Source: Bacteroidales bacterium UBA1195 (GTDB lineage Bacteria; Bacteroidota; Bacteroidia; Bacteroidales; WCHB1-69). Taken from it: a stretch of DNA of 64,000 bases. Numbering within the stretch: position 1 is the stretch's first letter; each line of letters opens with the position of its first letter. The stretch is taken from positions 60,723-124,722 of the forward strand of contig DBYD01000031.1 in NCBI GenBank assembly GCA_002309855.1, given 5' to 3'. The position numbers and the translations under genes were made by a program. The notes under the pieces were generated by a model, which saw only the letters and a list, made by a program, of their open reading frames with translations, made no database searches and was not told the origin of the DNA. Positions 1-7,447 of the stretch are shown here, piece after piece.

Positions 1-198
1 TACAGGAAAAAATTGGAGGAGTTGCTTTCGGATCCGGAGGGTCTGAATTCGTTGAAGGCTGCAGCGGATTCATCTGAAAGGGATAAGTTCCTTTACAGCC
101 GCATTGCCGGCAAAGTGCTAAAAGATGTTGCAGGGTATGACAGCCTGCACAAAGTTGTCCGAAATGAAGAGACGAATACATGTCATTTAAAACTATGA
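1..198 (+). CDS. 3' end of an upstream gene (partial), function unknown, probably part of the polysaccharide locus
   Basis: Frame 1 is open from the window edge to TGA 196-198. The stop overlaps the next ATG (195-197) as ATGA. No family motif is visible in the 65 residues. Confidence 0.4.
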   Translation, partial: YRKKLEELLSDPEGLNSLKAAADSSERDKFLYSRIAGKVLKDVAGYDSLHKVVRNEETNTCHLKL

Positions 199-1403
199 GT
201 AAACCTGTATTGTTGCAGATCAACGCCTATCAGGGGTCAGGCTCCATCGGGCGCATTGCGGAGCAGATAGGTCTGCGGGCCGGAGCCGCAGGCTGGGATG
301 TGTATATGGCATCGGGGGCACGCTATTCCCGTCCATGCCAGTTAAAGGAGATACGTTTCTCCACGCTCTTCCAGGAGTATATGCACATTCTTCGGAGCCT
401 GCTGCTGGATGCGCACGGAGGAGGTTCCCGCCGGGCGACCCGCCGGCTGATACGCGCCATTGAAAAACTGCACCCCAATGTGATACATCTGCACAATGTG
501 CACGGGTATTACCTTAATATAAAGTTATTTTTCAATTTTCTGAAAAAATCAGGCATACCTGTTGTCTGGACGCTGCATGACTGCTGGACCATGACCGGAC
601 ATTGCGCCCATTTCGAGTCGGCGGGCTGCATGCGCTGGAGGGAGGGCTGTCACCATTGCCCTTTGAAGAGGGAATATCCGCGGACACTTTTCTTGGATGC
701 CTCGGAACGAAATTACCGGCTGAAAAAACAGCTTTTCACCACGTTGCCCAATTTGCGGATTGTCACGGTGTCACAATGGCTGGCGGAGATTGTCCGTCAG
801 TCGTACCTGCAGCGGTATCCACTGCAGGTGATGCACAACGGCATAGACCTGGATGTTTTCCGTCCGACCTCTTCGGACATGCGGCAGCGGCTTGGACTTG
901 GAGACACCTTTGTGGTTCTTGGGGTGGCATCAGTCTGGTACGGTGCCAAGGGGATTGCGGAGTTCATCCGGCTGGCCGGAAATCTGGACATCCGCGTTGT
1001 GCTGGTAGGTGTGACCGAAAAGCAGCGTAAACTCTTCCCCGACAGTGTCGTCACTGTCGCACGTACCCATGACCGGCAGGAGCTGGCCGCCATTTACACC
1101 ATGGCTGATGTTCTTGTGAACCCCACCTATAACGACAGCTTCCCGACGGTGAACCTTGAGGCGCTGGCATGCGGCACGCCCGTTGTGACCTATCGGACTG
1201 GAGGCAGCCCGGAGGCGGTGGACGCGGAGACGGGCGTTGTGGTCGCAAAGGGTGACTATGACGGCCTTGTGGCGGCCATTGAATGCTTCCGGAACCGTCC
1301 GAAGCCATCGGAGGCCTGCCGCCGCCGTGCCGAAACCTGTTTTGACATGAACCGCTGCGCGGAACGCTATCTGGAGCTTTTCGAATCCTGCCGTTTGCCG
1401 TGA
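195..1403 (+). CDS. Glycosyltransferase, GT-B fold (family 4-like)
   Basis: The C-terminal block NPTYNDSFPTVNLEALACGTPVV...GGSPEAVD is the GT1/GT4 nucleotide-sugar binding signature. ATG 195 overlaps the upstream stop; an in-frame alternative ATG lies at 180. Confidence 0.85.
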   Translation: MSKPVLLQINAYQGSGSIGRIAEQIGLRAGAAGWDVYMASGARYSRPCQLKEIRFSTLFQEYMHILRSLLLDAHGGGSRRATRRLIRAIEKLHPNVIHLHNVHGYYLNIKLFFNFLKKSGIPVVWTLHDCWTMTGHCAHFESAGCMRWREGCHHCPLKREYPRTLFLDASERNYRLKKQLFTTLPNLRIVTVSQWLAEIVRQSYLQRYPLQVMHNGIDLDVFRPTSSDMRQRLGLGDTFVVLGVASVWYGAKGIAEFIRLAGNLDIRVVLVGVTEKQRKLFPDSVVTVARTHDRQELAAIYTMADVLVNPTYNDSFPTVNLEALACGTPVVTYRTGGSPEAVDAETGVVVAKGDYDGLVAAIECFRNRPKPSEACRRRAETCFDMNRCAERYLELFESCRLP

Positions 1404-1444
1404 AATTTTTCCCCGCCGGCATGGAATCGTGTTGTGAAATGTGC

Positions 1445-1452
1445 TAATTTTG
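1445..1452 (+). promoter_or_regulatory. Bacteroidetes -7 promoter box (TAATTTTG)
   Basis: Matches TAnnTTTG, 22 nt upstream of ATG 1474. The island cassettes at 3983, 9264 and 9905 have the same spacing. Confidence 0.45.
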
Positions 1453-1473
1453 CAGCATAAAATTTGAAATGAA

Positions 1474-2166
1474 ATGGAAGCGTTCATATCTTGGTTAAGC
1501 GAACATTATCCTATTGTGTTCCTGGTTATTGTTGCAATAATCGCCACCTGGTTCGTGGCGAAGGGATGGTTTCAACTCCATAACAGCGTCAAAAGCCATG
1601 GTGACAAAATTGCCGAACATGAAACTAGATTTGAGAAAGTTGATGAGGTCCAGATTCGGAAAAGCTTAAAGAATCATGATGAAAGAATGGCCTGGCATGA
1701 ATCAAGGCTGGATAAGGTTGACGAAGCAATTTCTGAAATAAAGGAAACACTTCTTATAATAAAGACCCATCTCATTGAGAAGGATTCAAAGGTTGCAAAA
1801 CTGCTTTCAGGCAAGACAAGCCCGCGCAGGCTGAACGAGTCTGGGATGGCGATCTTCCGCGAGTTTGACGGTGAGCGCTTCTTGAAGAACAACAGGGAAT
1901 ATCTTACGGATAAAATTGAAGCGAAGAGACCACAGACCGCACTTGACGTTGAAAAGTATGCGCTTGAAGTCCTGTATGAATGCGTCAATAACGGGATTTT
2001 CAACGATGTCAAGGTGAAGGTTTACAACAGCAAGGCGTTCATTATCAAACATGAGACAGGCGAAGAGATCTCCTTTGACATCACAATGAATGACATCTGC
2101 TTTGTCTTCAGCATTGAATTGAGGGATATCTATCTGTCGGTGCATCCGGAAGTGCGTGTGGAATAA
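1474..2166 (+). CDS. Hypothetical membrane-anchored coiled-coil protein
   Basis: 230-aa ORF with one N-terminal hydrophobic helix (YPIVFLVIVAIIATWFVA). An internally duplicated helical motif follows (EHETRFEKVDEV / WHESRLDKVDEA). This is the first AT-rich gene after the GT4 gene. Confidence 0.5.
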   Translation: MEAFISWLSEHYPIVFLVIVAIIATWFVAKGWFQLHNSVKSHGDKIAEHETRFEKVDEVQIRKSLKNHDERMAWHESRLDKVDEAISEIKETLLIIKTHLIEKDSKVAKLLSGKTSPRRLNESGMAIFREFDGERFLKNNREYLTDKIEAKRPQTALDVEKYALEVLYECVNNGIFNDVKVKVYNSKAFIIKHETGEEISFDITMNDICFVFSIELRDIYLSVHPEVRVE

Positions 2167-2324
2167 AATGCTGCCTTGCGCGATTACCTTCGCAACTTGC
2201 GGCAGGCAAAGGCGACCGGCTGGCGGTCGGAGACGATAGCGGGGGAGGTTAGTTTATAACAATCGTCCAGTAGATGGATTTGCTACCCAAAAGAAAAAGA
2301 CAACTACCCCAAGGCCGTTAATTA

Positions 2325-2531
2325 ATGGTAAAAAATCAAAGTAATATATCAGACAGATTTATGCAGAAGGCGAACTGGACAGGGGACGAACTATCCTTAC
2401 TCAATGGCAAACGCCGTCCTTGCGCCTATACTCGGGAGGAAATGGCGGAAAGTCTGCGCGAAGCAGAAGCGGATTACAAGGCAGGAAGGTATGTTTCCCA
2501 TGGAGACCTCTTTAAAGAATATGGTCTATGA
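2325..2531 (+). CDS. Small hypothetical protein (68 aa)
   Basis: ATG-initiated ORF ending 6 nt before the next ORF. No family recognised. Its position next to a RhuM fragment suggests remnants of an older accessory module. Confidence 0.35.
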   Translation: MVKNQSNISDRFMQKANWTGDELSLLNGKRRPCAYTREEMAESLREAEADYKAGRYVSHGDLFKEYGL

Positions 2532-2537
2532 GATAAG

Positions 2538-2750
2538 ATGGCCCGTGACGGCAATGTGTGGATGAATCAGAAACAAATGGCAGAACTTTTTGCCACCTCA
2601 AAGCAAAATATTGGCCAACATGTAGATAATATTTTGAGAGAAAATGAATTAACTTTAGATTCAGTTGTAAAGTATTTCTTTATAACTGCTGCCGATGGAA
2701 AGAACTATGAAGTAACTTTTTATTCTTTGGACATGGTGTTGGCTTTGTAA
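2538..2750 (+). pseudogene. Fragment of a RhuM-family (virulence protein RhuM-like) gene
   Basis: VWMNQKQMAELFATSKQNIGQHVDNILRENEL...ITAADGKNYEVTFYSLDMV matches the N-terminal HTH region of RhuM proteins of about 330 aa. The ORF stops after 70 aa, where the conserved ISVGYRV segment would follow. Confidence 0.6.
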
Positions 2751-2824
2751 TGGCTTGGAAAACATTTGTATAATAATCTTAGAACGGTGCAGATGATAAA
2801 ATGATGTTTTAGGAGATACGTAAC

Positions 2825-2849
2825 ATTGTGCAGCCAGTGGCTACACAAT
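2825..2849. promoter_or_regulatory. Near-perfect 11-bp inverted repeat (possible operator) upstream of the WYL gene
   Basis: ATTGTGCAGCC-AGT-GGCTACACAAT has 10 of 11 arm positions complementary. It lies 75 nt upstream of ATG 2924. Confidence 0.3.
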
Positions 2850-2923
2850 TGGATATGATACTTTCGGTTCAATGATTAACGATTAGACAAATATTTTATA
2901 AACAACAATAAATTAACCATATT

Positions 2924-3985
2924 ATGCCATTAAACAAAGACAAGATATTACGATATAGTGTGTTGGATAAATGCTTCCAGGACACAGCAAATTATTATAA
3001 CATGAACAGACTGCATCAAGCCGTTAATAGGGAGGTGATGCGGGTCTATGACAAAACTGTCAGCATACGTACCATCCAGGAGGATGTGAAAATATTGCAG
3101 TTTTCTCCGTATAATGTTGTTTTTGATGATGATTTGCGTGAACAAAGATATTACCGGTATGCCGATCCGGATTTCAAGCTTAATATCGTACAATCTTTGT
3201 CAAAAAGTGAGCAGTCCGCTATCCGTGACACAATTAAACTTCTTCGTCCGAAAGTGGGTGATTTTGAGAAAGCCACCCCTTTACATTATTATATGTATTT
3301 ATGTCTGCAGAATATTGCCATCGGCAATACATTGACTTTTGATTTTCCGAGTGTGGAGTTTGAAAACAACGGGGAGTTGGCAGGCATGAATAATTTTGAA
3401 GAGTTGGCCAAATGTGTGATGAACAAACAGCCAATAATAATCACCTATTGTCCTTTTTGGACTGAAGAGAAACTTGTTTTCAAGGTTCATCCGTATCTTT
3501 TGAAGCAGTACAACGGAAGATGGTATTTGATTTCGCATCCTGAAGGGGTTGATTACCAGATAGCCACCCATCCGATAGACAGGATTAGAGATGTGAAGCT
3601 ATGGAAAAAGGCGTTCATACCGCCTTCCATGGACATGCGCGAGTATTTCAATTACACCACCGGTGTGACGATTGATGATTCACCGGTTGAACGTATTGTG
3701 CTAAAGATAAGCAATTCACGTTATAAATACGTTGAGACAAAACCTTTTGGCGAGGACCAGAAGGAGGTTAGACACGATGAGAAATACAATGTGATCGATG
3801 AGGAATACCATATAATAAAGTTCAAAATGCGCATAAACAAGGAATTTGTCTCTTTGCTGCTATCCTTCGGCGATGATTTGGAAGTATTGGAGCCTCAAAG
3901 TCTTAGGGATAAGATGGCTGAAAAAATCATAGCGATGGGGAAAAAATATTCCGTCGCGCAGAAAGACTGCACGGAGGGGGTGTAA
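2924..3985 (+). CDS. WYL-domain transcriptional regulator (wHTH-WYL-WCX type)
   Basis: N-terminal DeoR/HTH_11-like segment (KTVSIRTIQEDVKILQ) and a central WYL motif (KQYNGRWYLISHPEG). The 353-aa size is typical. Its last codons run into promoter cassette A. Confidence 0.8.
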   Translation: MPLNKDKILRYSVLDKCFQDTANYYNMNRLHQAVNREVMRVYDKTVSIRTIQEDVKILQFSPYNVVFDDDLREQRYYRYADPDFKLNIVQSLSKSEQSAIRDTIKLLRPKVGDFEKATPLHYYMYLCLQNIAIGNTLTFDFPSVEFENNGELAGMNNFEELAKCVMNKQPIIITYCPFWTEEKLVFKVHPYLLKQYNGRWYLISHPEGVDYQIATHPIDRIRDVKLWKKAFIPPSMDMREYFNYTTGVTIDDSPVERIVLKISNSRYKYVETKPFGEDQKEVRHDEKYNVIDEEYHIIKFKMRINKEFVSLLLSFGDDLEVLEPQSLRDKMAEKIIAMGKKYSVAQKDCTEGV

Positions 3986-4004
3986 TTTTGCAGCCAGAAA
4001 AAAC
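3951..4004 (+). promoter_or_regulatory. Island promoter/hairpin cassette, copy A
   Basis: CGCGCAGAAAGACTGCAC...GTGTAATTTTGCAGCCAGAAAAAAC contains a GCAG/CTGC mini-hairpin and a TAATTTTG -7 box at 3983-3990. It lies 24 nt before ATG 4014 and is homologous to copies B, C and D. Confidence 0.55.
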
Positions 4005-4013
4005 AATTGAGTT

Positions 4014-4211
4014 ATGGAAGACAATTACGAAGATTATTGCGGCAATGATTACAATGATTATCTCGACCGGTGTGTGGACGAAGATTATTATGAGGAGGAA
4101 CATTATGAGACCTTTTCCGGATCCTATGCGCAGGAATACGAGGGTCTGAGTGACGAATACATTTGGGATGCGTTCGGCGGGGATCCGGATGCGTATTGGA
4201 ATATTGATTGA
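4014..4211 (+). CDS. Extremely acidic, tyrosine-rich small protein (65 aa)
   Basis: By direct count it has 22 Asp/Glu, 11 Tyr, 1 Arg and no Lys. The C-terminal 38 aa (EEHYETFSGSYAQEYEGLSDEYIWDAFGG.DAYWNID) are duplicated at the end of the WG-repeat protein (9294-9863). Confidence 0.5.
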   Translation: MEDNYEDYCGNDYNDYLDRCVDEDYYEEEHYETFSGSYAQEYEGLSDEYIWDAFGGDPDAYWNID

Positions 4212-4218
4212 ATTTTTT

Positions 4219-4275
4219 TCCGCCGCGCAGAAAGGCTGCATGGAAAAGGTGTACTTTTGCAAATTGAAAAACGAG
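4219..4275 (+). promoter_or_regulatory. Island promoter/hairpin cassette, copy B (drives the retron transcript)
   Basis: CGCCGCGCAGAAAGGCTGCATGGAAAAGGTGTACTTTTGCAAATTGAAAAAC has a TACTTTTG -7 box at 4252-4259. No ORF follows until the RT, so the transcript starts with about 300 nt of non-coding RNA. Confidence 0.5.
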
Positions 4276-4355
4276 AGGAGGAACGGATAAATAATAAATG
4301 TAATTATAGCAAGATTAACTGTAAGTTAAAACGTTTTAATGAAATAGTTCTTTGA

Positions 4356-4549
4356 AAAGGTGTCAAGATAAACTGAATTTGAATTCGCCATCTTGTGATC
4401 GGATGGTAATGTGGACAATGTCTCTTGGTTATTGTTGAGCGAATCGTTCTAATCGACCGATGGCTGAAATAACTGAAATAACAAGAAGACTCCGGTGCTT
4501 GCTTAGTAGTATCATATCTGAAGAAACGAGGGATAATCTTGACACCTTT
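4356..4549 (+). ncRNA. Candidate retron msr-msd non-coding RNA
   Basis: A perfect 14-bp long-range inverted repeat closes the region: AAAGGTGTCAAGAT (4356-4369) and ATCTTGACACCTTT (4536-4549). It ends 27 nt before the RT start. Internal stems include CCATC/GATGG at ~4387-4405 and CTTGGTTATT...AATAACAAG, plus a tandem TGAAATAAC x2. Exact ends and the branching G are not determinable by eye. Confidence 0.55.
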
Positions 4550-4575
4550 AAGAAGAATAAAATAGAGCAAAGCAA

Positions 4576-5676
4576 GTGGAGGAATTAAAGACAACAGAAG
4601 TTAAGACGGAGTTGTTGAAGGAACTCAATGAGATAAATAAAGCGTTATATGGTGAAAAGAGTTTCCTTTTTACCATGAAACAGCTAAACTATCATGCATA
4701 CTCCAAGAACAATCCACATCGATACGTCCAATTTCAAATCCCCAAAAAGAAACAGAGGGAATTCCGTACAATTACGGCTCCATGTCGCGGGCTGAAATAT
4801 ATTCAGCGATGTCTTAATGCCATGTTGTTGGATAAATTCACCCCACATCCGTCTGCCAAAGGTTTTGTGCCCGGAAAGTCTATTGTAGATAATGCCAAGG
4901 TGCATCTGGGACAGAATTACATTTATAATATAGATTTGAAAGACTTTTTTCCGAGTATAAAGGCCGCAAGGATTTTTGCCCGTTTACAGTTGCATCCATT
5001 TTCATTTGACAGGGAGACTTCCAGCTTGATTACCGATCTCTGTTGCCATGAAGGTGTATTGCCGCAGGGCGCTCCGACTTCGCCCACCATTACCAACATT
5101 ATTTGCGAACGTTTGGACTGGCGTTTGTCAAAACTGGCACAACGCTATAATATGAGGTATTCCCGATATGCTGACGACATCACATTCAGCAGTATGGGAA
5201 ACCTGTTTCATGAAGATGGTGATTTTGTTAAGGAATTGCACCGTTTTATTGAAATGGAAGGCTTTACTATTAATACTGAAAAGACACGGTTGAATAGCAA
5301 ATACCAAAGACAGGAGGTCACAGGCCTGATAATAAATGAAAAGCCAAATGTGACACAGAAATATGTGAAGCAAATCCGAACCATGCTTAACAATTGGGAA
5401 AAGAGTGGTTATGAATATGCGCAAAGTAAGTTCCTGGAACATTATCATCCCACAAAAAAAACGAAGGGTGAACCTCATATAGAGATTATCATCAGTGGTA
5501 AGTTGGATTACTTGAAAATGGTAAAGGGGGAAAAGGACAGAACTTACTTAAAGCTGAAAAATCGGTATGATCAGCTTTTAGGTTCCATTGTGACAAACAT
5601 ACTTGATGTATGGGAGAAAGATGGAATAGAAGAAGCTATTGAATTATACGAAAAGACAATTCATCGCAACAAATAA
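4576..5676 (+). CDS. Retron-type reverse transcriptase
   Basis: RT motifs are present: SIVDNAKVH (NAxxH), NIDLKDFFPSI, LPQGAPTSPTITN and YSRYADDITFS (YADD at 5167-5178). The retron-specific RQEVTGLIIN (VTG) lies at 5317-5325. The ORF is 366 aa and starts at GTG 4576; the first ATG is codon 34. There is no maturase or endonuclease extension. Confidence 0.9.
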   Translation: MEELKTTEVKTELLKELNEINKALYGEKSFLFTMKQLNYHAYSKNNPHRYVQFQIPKKKQREFRTITAPCRGLKYIQRCLNAMLLDKFTPHPSAKGFVPGKSIVDNAKVHLGQNYIYNIDLKDFFPSIKAARIFARLQLHPFSFDRETSSLITDLCCHEGVLPQGAPTSPTITNIICERLDWRLSKLAQRYNMRYSRYADDITFSSMGNLFHEDGDFVKELHRFIEMEGFTINTEKTRLNSKYQRQEVTGLIINEKPNVTQKYVKQIRTMLNNWEKSGYEYAQSKFLEHYHPTKKTKGEPHIEIIISGKLDYLKMVKGEKDRTYLKLKNRYDQLLGSIVTNILDVWEKDGIEEAIELYEKTIHRNK

Positions 5677-5680
5677 TAAT

Positions 5681-6796
5681 ATGAAATTCTTGGAAAGCAA
5701 AAATTTATCTTTATCTAAAGACACTATTCCTCCCGAAAAATTAAATAGATTTGTTAGTTATTTAATAGGTAATCGCTCTTTAGCCAGTAAGGATCGAGAG
5801 AGAATTGTGGAATTGTTGCTAAAGGATAGAGATAAGGAATATGTGACAAAAGAACAATTGCAAGAACTTTTAAAGATAGGTGGTGATAGAAAAATAGTAG
5901 AGGAAGGAAAGAAAAAAACTGAATATCCTGAACCCAAACAAACATACGAATTTCTCTCTTTCTTTTCTCAAAATGACGGTGGGCTAAAAAATTTGACACA
6001 TGATTTCAATTATGGCTATATAGATTACGATGTTTTTATGGCCCAGTGTAGGAAGGAGTTTGAGGAAGGGAAAAGAAAATATCCAAAGGTCCCGTCTAGA
6101 TTATTGGGAAGAATTGAAGCTTTTGCCTTTAGAGAAGCTCCGGAATGGTATATTCAAAAATGGTTGCAAAAAGAAAGGACTATAATTAGACATGGCTGGT
6201 CTGAACCGGGTTTTGTAGAATGGTATAAGACTAACAAGCTTCATCCATCCAAAGACGCTTTTTACAATAAAGAGATGATAATACCCTTCAAGGAGTCAAT
6301 ACAGGTTAGGGCGGATACGGGCAATTTGATTTCTCTCCTAAAATCTCTTGTAAAGAAAGTGTTTGGTGAAACCCCGAGTTGTAATGTCACTATTTCTGAA
6401 AAAGTTAAAGATGCACAATTTTATACTGATGTTGATAGCTTGGGTCAGGCATTATATCAGATTTTTTCCACTATTAAAGAATACTCTGAAAAGAATTTCT
6501 GCGATGAAGTGGAAATTGACTATTTTACAGAAGGAGAGTATAAAGTGCTAACAGTAACTCACATTGACTCTAAACCAACCAAGAGGGCAGACGACAAGGA
6601 TTATTCTGGAGGAAATACTGATGCCATAAAAAAACAACTCAAGGGATTATGCAACTATGAGATATGTGCGGTCTTTCGAGATGGTCCTTTCAGAAAAATA
6701 ATTCTTTCAGACAATTACGCTGATTTCAAAAAAGGACTTATTCCAATTGATGCCAACTGTATAAAAGGATATACTCATAAAATGTTATTTTATTAA
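5681..6796 (+). CDS. Retron-associated protein 1 (371 aa, unknown family)
   Basis: ATG lies 4 nt after the RT stop; the track start at 5639 is a TTG inside the RT gene. The N-half is helical. The C-terminal ~130 aa (VDSLGQALYQIFSTIKEYS...KVLTVTHIDS...GGNTDAIKKQLKGLCNYEI) loosely recalls a degenerate GHKL/HATPase_c sandwich, but the catalytic N and G boxes are not intact. No Walker A motif. Confidence 0.6.
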   Translation: MKFLESKNLSLSKDTIPPEKLNRFVSYLIGNRSLASKDRERIVELLLKDRDKEYVTKEQLQELLKIGGDRKIVEEGKKKTEYPEPKQTYEFLSFFSQNDGGLKNLTHDFNYGYIDYDVFMAQCRKEFEEGKRKYPKVPSRLLGRIEAFAFREAPEWYIQKWLQKERTIIRHGWSEPGFVEWYKTNKLHPSKDAFYNKEMIIPFKESIQVRADTGNLISLLKSLVKKVFGETPSCNVTISEKVKDAQFYTDVDSLGQALYQIFSTIKEYSEKNFCDEVEIDYFTEGEYKVLTVTHIDSKPTKRADDKDYSGGNTDAIKKQLKGLCNYEICAVFRDGPFRKIILSDNYADFKKGLIPIDANCIKGYTHKMLFY

Positions 6797-6814
6797 TCAA
6801 AGAATATTAAAGTT

Positions 6815-7447
6815 ATGATTTATATACTAGATGATTCGGTAACGGAACAGCGGAAAAAAGAGATTCAATATCTTCAAAATACCCCATATTCTGAAGTGTG
6901 TGTGCTTATTGAAAAGCCAACTAAAAAGATTAATAGGGAAATATTGGCCACATTTTCCGATGATCAAAATTGCTTATTATGCATACATCGCTCCTTAAAG
7001 TATTTTAATGATTTTGGTTCTGAATTAGCCGAATCTGAAGCCATTAGAAACAATATGATCGAGCAGGTTAAGCAAATGAATATCTCTTGTATGGTTTTTG
7101 GTCGTGATATGAGTAGAAACAGAGAAAAGTTGTTTATCGACAAGGATGTGTTTTATAGGAATCTAAAGCTATTCATTGACACAATGATTGTTGGAAATAT
7201 GGAGATAGCAATTCTTTATGATGGTGCCAAGTATATGTATGCAGAACGCACAAGGCTATTGAACGAAATTATCAATGTTATTAATTTAGAATGGTCCACA
7301 TATGATGAAGAAAATAAAACTTTGTTGAATTTGATGCAACACTATTTCATGGGGGAAGATCCTCGGAAAATTATTGAAACATGGAAAAGCAAAAGCCTTT
7401 CTAAGAAAGAAATAAGACAATTTATAAACGATAAATATAAACTATGA
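6815..7447 (+). CDS. Retron-associated protein 2 (210 aa, pseudo-receiver/flavodoxin-like N-terminus)
   Basis: It starts MIYILDD (beta1-DD), followed by CLLCIHRSL and ISCMVFGRD strand-like segments and a helical C-half. No acceptor Asp is evident. It begins 18 nt after protein 1, and its stop overlaps the next ATG as ATGA. Confidence 0.55.
   Translation: MIYILDDSVTEQRKKEIQYLQNTPYSEVCVLIEKPTKKINREILATFSDDQNCLLCIHRSLKYFNDFGSELAESEAIRNNMIEQVKQMNISCMVFGRDMSRNREKLFIDKDVFYRNLKLFIDTMIVGNMEIAILYDGAKYMYAERTRLLNEIINVINLEWSTYDEENKTLLNLMQHYFMGEDPRKIIETWKSKSLSKKEIRQFINDKYKL

Noticed and set aside
4576-5676. Whether the only RT in the window could be the DGR reverse transcriptase that diversifies the VR-like blocks at 36-45 kb
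   Set aside because: Its motifs are retron-type (NAxxH, QGAPTSP, YADD followed by VTG) rather than the DGR [LIV]GxxxSQ type. It is about 30 kb away, and no Avd-like gene is adjacent. The non-coding region upstream of it (4262-4575) shows no similarity to the VR consensus.
4262-5676. Group II intron
   Set aside because: The RT is only 366 aa and has no maturase (X) or endonuclease domain. I see no domain V/VI-like structure or intron boundary motifs. The flanking inverted repeat fits a retron better.
5639-5680. Longer start (5639) for retron-associated protein 1
   Set aside because: Codon 5639 is a TTG inside the RT gene. An ATG at 5681, 4 nt after the RT stop, gives a cleaner operon junction.
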